The position numbers were made by a program, and so were the translations under genes. Positions 63,188-64,000 of a DNA stretch of 64,000 nucleotides are shown in pieces; the first letter of the stretch is position 1; each line of letters starts with the position of its first letter. This DNA is from Octopus sinensis (taxonomy: Eukaryota), in the NCBI RefSeq assembly GCF_006345805.1, contig NC_042998.1, positions 7,254,001 to 7,318,000 on the forward strand, read 5' to 3'. Under the pieces are notes generated by a model. That model was not told the origin of the DNA, made no database searches, and saw only the letters and a list, made by a program, of their open reading frames with translations.

Positions 63188-64000
63188 TATTGTGAAAGTG
63201 CATATCTTAGTGGTTAGGGTATTGCCCTTACAGCTGAAAGATCATGGTTCTGATTCTCAGACCAGTGGGGTCACATTGTGTTCTGTAGCAGAACGCATCA
63301 TTACACATTGCTCCAGTTCACTCAGCTGTAAATGACTTCTAGAAAAAAACTGGGAAGCAATTTCAGAGGTGTGGGGGGGGGGTTAAGTTGATTACATCGA
63401 CCCCAATGTTCAACTGGTACTTCATTTATCAACGCTGTAAGGCAAAGTCAACCTTGGCAGAATTTGAACTGAGAATGTAGAGATGGGTGAGAGGCTGTTA
63501 AGTATTTTGCCTGGTGTGCTAACAATTCTGCCTGTTCTATTCTGTGCGTAAGTAAATAAAATTGGTTTTAGATTTTGGCACGAGACCAGCAATTTTGAGG
63601 AACAGGGTAAGTCAATTACATCTACCCCAGTGTTCAACTGGTACTTATTTCATTGACCCCCAAAAGGATGGAGAGCCAAGTCGACCTCAATGGAATTTGA
63701 ACAGAGAACATAAAGATGAATGAAACATCACTAAACATTTTGTCCGGCATGCTAATGATTCTGCTAGCTCATGACCTAAAGAGTATTTAATATCATATTA
63801 CAATAACTTGGGTCTTTATGAGCCCTTGAACTCATAAGGATGAAGCTTGACCCAATTTCCATGGCTTATGAATCACTGAAATTACAACCTCAACATAACT
63901 GAATGTGACACTAGTCCTTCGCAGAGTTGGCTTCCCAGCTTTTTCTGGATATCATTTACAGCTGAGTGAACTGGAGCAATGTGTCATCATCATCATTGTT

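Overview
This window is AT-rich, microsatellite-dense eukaryotic DNA; the repeat landscape suggests an octopus (coleoid cephalopod) genome, which is an inference. The only host protein-coding sequence I can support is four GT-AG exons on the + strand (26266-26345, 28160-28353, 39640-39750, 44901-45018). They splice in frame to the DH domain and DH-PH linker of a RasGRF-family guanine nucleotide exchange factor. I found no flanking exons, so nearly all of the window is probably intron. The rest is layered mobile DNA: several tRNA-head SINE families, RTE, CR1 and R4/Dong-like LINE fragments (including an uninterrupted ~494-codon CR1 RT frame), non-autonomous Helitrons and HINE-like elements, and mariner, Tc2-like, hAT and piggyBac-like MITEs, often nested. 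The most interesting observations are: an intact-core minimal hammerhead ribozyme on the sense strand of a RasGRF intron, plus a degenerate one, both in (TA)n-embedded Penelope/retrozyme-like inserts; a twin-priming-type inverted RTE insertion; SINE tandem arrays joined through tail-to-internal microhomology; a 63-bp-arm palindrome; and a ~7.5-kb SINE-free island with a MEF2/E-box/MEF2 cluster that may be an internal promoter. Most listed ORFs are artefacts of repeats. Family names come from motif recognition, not database searches.
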